Shown: piece by piece, positions 27,627-32,000 of the stretch
Numbering within the stretch: position 1 is the first letter of the stretch
Layout of the letters: each line of letters opens with the position of its first letter
NCBI GenBank assembly: GCA_019056805.1
Contig: DXJG01000006.1
Span: forward strand, 1-32,000
Source of the DNA: Candidatus Baldrarchaeota archaeon
GTDB lineage: Archaea > Asgardarchaeota > Baldrarchaeia > Baldrarchaeales > DXJG01
Direction: 5' to 3'
DNA length: 32,000 bases
Notes under the pieces: model-generated
Databases searched by the model: none
The model's input: the letters and a program-made list of their open reading frames with translations, nothing else
Told to the model about the DNA's origin: nothing
Position numbers and translations under genes: made by a program

Positions 27627-28682
27627 CTACCTCCAAGAAATCTTGTATTTTGCAAGAAACTCGCTTGTAAGTAAACAAGCCAATATAATTCCATTGAAAA
27701 TGTTAACTACGCCGAAAGGCAGTCCCATAGATACTTGAATAGCGTCACCGCCAACAAAGAGAATTGCTAGGAAAAACGCGGTTATAATTGAAAGAATTGG
27801 ATTATTTCTGGCAAGTAGCGCAACTATTATTCCAGCGTAGCCATAGCCTGAGGAAATACTAGATGCATAGCGAAGTCTATGATGAACTCCAGCCACTTCG
27901 CCAACACCTGCAATTCCAGCTAATCCACCACTAATAATCATAGCTAATATAATTGCTTTTTCAACACTTATACCAGCATACCTAGCTACACGTTCATCTT
28001 GACCAGCAACCCTTAATTCAAAACCAATTGTTGTTTTAGTAAGTAAGAAATAAAGTAAAACAGCACTTACCAACGCAATAATAAGAGTAGGCCAATGTAT
28101 ACGTGTTTTAGGAATAGTTGGTAACCATGCTGAAATTGGAAATTTATTAGTGTAGGGGAACCCCCATTCTTCAGCTCCTTTCCAGGGTCCATATATGAGG
28201 TAATCAACGAAACAAGCAGCAATATAATTCATCATAAGAGTCGTTATAACCTCATTTGTTCCTAGTTTGCTTTTCAGAACAGCTGGGATAAAAGCCCAGG
28301 CTGCACCTCCGACAAAACCCAACAAAAACATTAGAGGTAATCTTGTGAATTCTGGAACGCTTAAAAATAGTGCTACCCATGTTGCAAGTATAGCACCAAT
28401 AAGTAGTTGCCCCTCTGCACCAATATTCCATGTATTTGCTTTAAAAGCTATAGTGAGACCAATACCACAAAGCAAAAGCGGTATAAGCTTTGTTATTATC
28501 TCTCCCAATCTATGAGCTTTTCTAACTGTTCCAAAAATTTGAGCATAAGCATAAAGTGGATTAATGCCATAAATAAGAAAGATGAAAGCAGCTATTACAA
28601 ATGCCAGTAATATGGCTACAATAGTTGCAATAAGTTCTATTTCAGGTGTCACCTCTCTTCTTTCAAGTCTCAGGTTTAACAC
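27627..28682 (-). CDS. Nucleoside/sugar ABC transporter permease 1
   Basis: WNIGAEGQL, NEVITTLMMNY, GFELRVAG, ARYAGI and GYGYAGIIVALLARNNP motifs. Confidence 0.92.
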   Translation of the reverse strand: MLNLRLERREVTPEIELIATIVAILLAFVIAAFIFLIYGINPLYAYAQIFGTVRKAHRLGEIITKLIPLLLCGIGLTIAFKANTWNIGAEGQLLIGAILATWVALFLSVPEFTRLPLMFLLGFVGGAAWAFIPAVLKSKLGTNEVITTLMMNYIAACFVDYLIYGPWKGAEEWGFPYTNKFPISAWLPTIPKTRIHWPTLIIALVSAVLLYFLLTKTTIGFELRVAGQDERVARYAGISVEKAIILAMIISGGLAGIAGVGEVAGVHHRLRYASSISSGYGYAGIIVALLARNNPILSIITAFFLAILFVGGDAIQVSMGLPFGVVNIFNGIILACLLTSEFLAKYKISWR

Positions 28683-30159
28683 CTCCCATCATCAAACCAA
28701 TTTCTTCAACCTTTGCCTTCTCTGAATCAACAATTCCCATAAAAGTACCCCTATACATAACGGCAATACGGTCACTAAGCTGCATAATTTCTTCCAAATC
28801 TTCAGAAACAAGTAATATAGCAACACCTTTTCGACGAAGCTCAAGAAGCAATTTTCTTATTTCTTCGGTTGCAGCAACATCTAAACCAAAAGTAGGATGG
28901 AACGCAATAAGAAGCTTACATTCCCCTGAAGTCTCCCTAGCTAGTATAAGTCTCGCTATATTACCACCAGAAAGCTGCTGCACAGGCACATTTACGTTTG
29001 GCGTAACAATCTTATATTTCTCAATTAATTTTTCTGCAAGTTCTCTCGCTTTTCTTAAATCTAAAATCCCGTTTTTGGAGAAATTTGTATAGTTTTTTAA
29101 CATTAAATTATCCATAACTGATAATGTAAGAACAGCTCCAACCCTACGATCATCAGGTATGTGAGCCACACCAAGCTTTATAATATCTGCTGAAGATTTA
29201 TTTGTCACATCTTTACCTAAAATCACAACTTCTCCATCTTCAACCCTTCTTAATCCAGTGATAGCTTCAACAAGTTCTCTCTGCCCGTTTCCTGCAACCC
29301 CTGCAATACCAAATATTTCACCAGCTCTAATGGAAAAGCTAACTCCTTTAACAGCCAACAAACCTCTATCATCAAGAACACGTAAATTATTAACCTTTAA
29401 AACCTCTTCACCAAACACTACAGGCTCCTTTTTCAACTCAAATGTTACAGGTCTTCCCACCATTAACTTTGCTAATTCTAATTTTGTTATTTCCTTTGCA
29501 GGAACAGTTGCTATTTTTTTACCACGTCTAAGCACAGTTATACGATCAGCAATAGCAAAAACTTCTTCAAGTTTATGAGAAACAAAAACTATACTCTTCC
29601 CTTCCTCCTTCATTCTTCTAAGGACTTGAAAAAGCGACTCTACTTCAGAAGGAGTTAAAACTGTTGTAGGCTCATCAAGAATTAAAATTTCCGCACCTCT
29701 ACATAAAGCCTTTATTAACTCTAATCTTTGTTTTTCTCCCATTGATAATTCATATACCATTGCATCAACATCTAACTCTAGACCATATCTTTCAGCTAAC
29801 TCCTTAATCATGGATTGTATCTTATTTTTTCTCAATATTTTTCCAGGAAGTAAAAGAGCAAGGTTTTCAGCAACACTTAAATTATCAACCGTCTCGGGAA
29901 ACTGTGGAACCCTTGCTATTCCAAGCTCCATAGCATCTTTCGGCGATCTTATCTTAACCTCTTCTCCTCTTACAAATATTTTTCCCTCATCTGGTCTATA
30001 TAGACCATATAAAATATTCATTAAAGTGGTTTTTCCCGCTCCATTCTCACCAAGCAACGCATGAATTTCGCCAGGTTTTAAGTCAAAATCCACATGATCA
30101 TTAGCCACCACGCCTGGAAAACGCTTCGTTATCCCTTTCATCTCTACAACTGTTTCCAA
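28663..30159 (-). CDS. Nucleoside/sugar ABC transporter ATPase with two NBDs
   Basis: GENGAGKTT, LSMGEKQR, LILDEPT, GVAGNGQ and LSGGN motifs. Start placed at TTG 30159 after GGAGG; the ORF extends to 30174. Confidence 0.93.
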   Translation of the reverse strand: METVVEMKGITKRFPGVVANDHVDFDLKPGEIHALLGENGAGKTTLMNILYGLYRPDEGKIFVRGEEVKIRSPKDAMELGIARVPQFPETVDNLSVAENLALLLPGKILRKNKIQSMIKELAERYGLELDVDAMVYELSMGEKQRLELIKALCRGAEILILDEPTTVLTPSEVESLFQVLRRMKEEGKSIVFVSHKLEEVFAIADRITVLRRGKKIATVPAKEITKLELAKLMVGRPVTFELKKEPVVFGEEVLKVNNLRVLDDRGLLAVKGVSFSIRAGEIFGIAGVAGNGQRELVEAITGLRRVEDGEVVILGKDVTNKSSADIIKLGVAHIPDDRRVGAVLTLSVMDNLMLKNYTNFSKNGILDLRKARELAEKLIEKYKIVTPNVNVPVQQLSGGNIARLILARETSGECKLLIAFHPTFGLDVAATEEIRKLLLELRRKGVAILLVSEDLEEIMQLSDRIAVMYRGTFMGIVDSEKAKVEEIGLMMGGVKPET

Positions 30160-30282
30160 TTCGTTTCCTCCCATGGATTCAGTCGCATTTTACACTGATG
30201 CTGACATCATACATGATAAATTTCCTAAATGACATATAAAAAAGAAGTTAGAGATATGTTTTTCGCTTTGTGAACTGCTATG

Positions 30283-31494
30283 TTATTTTGGAACGGTTGC
30301 AATTATGTTGTCAACAAACCAGTCGATTGTCCATAGTTCGTCGTGAGTCATTCTTCTACCAGCTTCAACTCTTAGGTTACCTTCGTTGTCGTAGATTGGC
30401 CCGGTGAACGGATCAAAGACTACGGTGTCTTCACTCATTTGCTCTAATCTCTTCATGACTAGCTCATAGACACTTATGTTTCCAAATTCTGGGTGATCGA
30501 TGTAAGTGCTATTTAGTATAGGAATGAACTTGGGGTTTATTGGGACTCCAAATTCGCCACCGAGTTCAACAGCGCCTTCTCTAAGCATCCACCAATAGTC
30601 AACGTCTTCAAGGTTTGTTGAGTTATAGTAACCAGCATATATCTTACTTAATATGTCGGCGTAGATGACTTCCCAGTGAACTAGTTGACCACTTACACAG
30701 ACATCGGGTCCAAAGCTCTGCATGGGGCTATAGTGACTGAAAACGTAAACAGGTTCACCAGCATCGTAATGTTCTTGAGCCACTTGAATTACGGTTGGTG
30801 AGTCTTCTGTAAATGCGAGAACGTCGCATCCCTCAGCTATTAAGGCTTCGGCTGCTTCTCTTGCTGCTGATGGGTTATACCAAGCATAAAGCCATCGTAC
30901 ATCTACTGTAGCATTCGGGTTTACTTCTTTTATGCCTAGAGCAAAAGCGTTGATATGTCTGACGACTTCAGGAATTGGGTGAGCAGCTACATATCCGATT
31001 TTGTTCGAGTTTGTTAGAGCGCCAGCCATAAGGCCATTAAGATAGTAGAGTTGATAGAACTCAGCAAAGTAAGTGCCAACGTTTGGAGCCCTCATGTAAC
31101 CTGAACAATGGAAGAAGAGCTTATCAGGATGTCTTTCTCCTGCTTCAATTGTAGCATCCATGTAACCAAAGCTAGTGGTGAATACTACATCGCATCCCTC
31201 TTCCGTGATCAGGCTGTCTATGATTCTAGGTGCATCTGCTTCTGACACCGATTCGACATAAACTGTTTCAAGCCATGGGAATATTTCTTCGCAAAATAGC
31301 CGTCCTTGATCATGAGCATGTGTCCATCCATAATCTCCAATTGGACCGACGTAAATGAAGCCGGCTTTTATTGTCTTTCCAACTATTACCTCTTTTTCAA
31401 CGACTCTCGGTGTAAGGGTATAACATACTGCATAACCCACTATTACGCCAATTATTAACGCTACAATTATTACTGTGGTTGCTTCCTTTTGCAT
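30283..31494 (-). CDS. BMP-family ABC substrate-binding protein (purine/nucleoside type) with an N-terminal membrane anchor
   Basis: AGFIYVGPIGDYGWTHAHDQG, TTSFGY, YLNGLMAG, PIPEVVRHINAFALG and DPFTGPI motifs. Confidence 0.93.
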   Translation of the reverse strand: MQKEATTVIIVALIIGVIVGYAVCYTLTPRVVEKEVIVGKTIKAGFIYVGPIGDYGWTHAHDQGRLFCEEIFPWLETVYVESVSEADAPRIIDSLITEEGCDVVFTTSFGYMDATIEAGERHPDKLFFHCSGYMRAPNVGTYFAEFYQLYYLNGLMAGALTNSNKIGYVAAHPIPEVVRHINAFALGIKEVNPNATVDVRWLYAWYNPSAAREAAEALIAEGCDVLAFTEDSPTVIQVAQEHYDAGEPVYVFSHYSPMQSFGPDVCVSGQLVHWEVIYADILSKIYAGYYNSTNLEDVDYWWMLREGAVELGGEFGVPINPKFIPILNSTYIDHPEFGNISVYELVMKRLEQMSEDTVVFDPFTGPIYDNEGNLRVEAGRRMTHDELWTIDWFVDNIIATVPK

Positions 31495-31741
31495 GATTTA
31501 CCCACTCCCCTTTGGCATGATAATGTTAATTATTTTCTGATATTTATACTTTATTTGACATAAAAATGTATATAAATGATCTAACATAAGCTACAAATCT
31601 TAATCGAAAAAACAAGTCAAAAATACTCGTATGTCATAAACTAATTTCAGCTTTAATTTTTTTAAAATTTTCTAAATACCAATTTTTCTTCTTCTAATGT
31701 TTGCAATGTTAATAACAAATTTAAGTAAACGAAGTTATTAT

Positions 31742-31761
31742 CAATTTATACTTATAAATTG
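31742..31761. promoter_or_regulatory. Perfect palindrome CAATTTATA-CT-TATAAATTG in a divergent intergenic region
   Basis: 9-bp arms, each containing a TATA-like hexamer. Confidence 0.45.
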
Positions 31762-31987
31762 TCCAACTAATTTTTTCAATTTTTAATAAATATATTTTTG
31801 TCAAAACCCTTTACCTGATTGCCTGTTATTGTCGAAAACGCTACAGAAGACCGTCTATGCAATTTCATGTGTAAATTATGTATGAAAAGATGTTGGTAAG
31901 AGAAAATTATTACAAAAATATGATTTGAAGCAAACTTTAATTTATATCTCTCCTAATTTACTTGTTGTTAAAATGACGGGGAAACCG

Positions 31988-32000
31988 ATGTCAAAAAGAG
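31988..32000 (+). CDS. Probable start of a gene truncated by the window edge (MSKR...)
   Basis: ATG preceded by GGGGA. Only 4 codons are visible. Confidence 0.35.

Noticed and set aside
1291-30064. Many 60-200 aa ORFs antisense to or overlapping the called genes (e.g. 2193-2429, 7291-7671, 10274-10870, 22360-22815, 28646-29092)
   Set aside because: Shadow frames of well-supported genes, with no motifs or RBS.
1-32000. CRISPR arrays, tRNA and rRNA genes
   Set aside because: No regularly spaced repeats, cloverleaf-like GC-rich segments or rRNA signatures were seen by eye. A covariance-model search would be needed to exclude small RNAs fully.

Overview
AT-rich archaeal chromosomal window. Evidence for an archaeal origin is GGTGA/GGAGG ribosome-binding sites, frequent TTG starts and BRE-TATA-like promoters; the lineage cannot be assigned from this window alone. 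I found no rRNA, tRNA, CRISPR array or transposase. In order, the window holds: an RHH/PIN (VapBC-like) toxin-antitoxin pair; a doubly frameshifted GNAT; an uncharacterised archaeo-eukaryotic primase (AEP) superfamily protein fused to an unknown helical domain; an MFS transporter; a Yip1-like protein; a split UxaA-family dehydratase with a frameshifted GNAT between its two subunit genes; an F420 biosynthesis cluster (FbiE-like nitroreductase, cofD, MFS, cofC); an ECF S-component; a RidA / YgeY-like M20 / Ser-Thr dehydratase run; a CopB-type P1B ATPase; DUF4438; an orphan CooC; a divergent inositol-phosphate-synthase-like protein; an acyl-CoA dehydrogenase and EamA transporter; a frameshifted two-domain KaiC/GvpD-like ATPase followed by two tandem membrane paralogs; and a BMP-type nucleoside ABC transporter. 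The best leads are (1) the AEP fusion and a decayed copy of its own 5' end about 930 bp upstream, (2) the F420 cluster, whose layout suggests a PEP/dehydro-F420 route and possibly deazaflavin salvage, (3) the MIPS paralog with altered active-site motifs, and (4) five single-base frameshifts confined to four accessory genes. All family assignments come from motif recognition by eye; no database searches were run.
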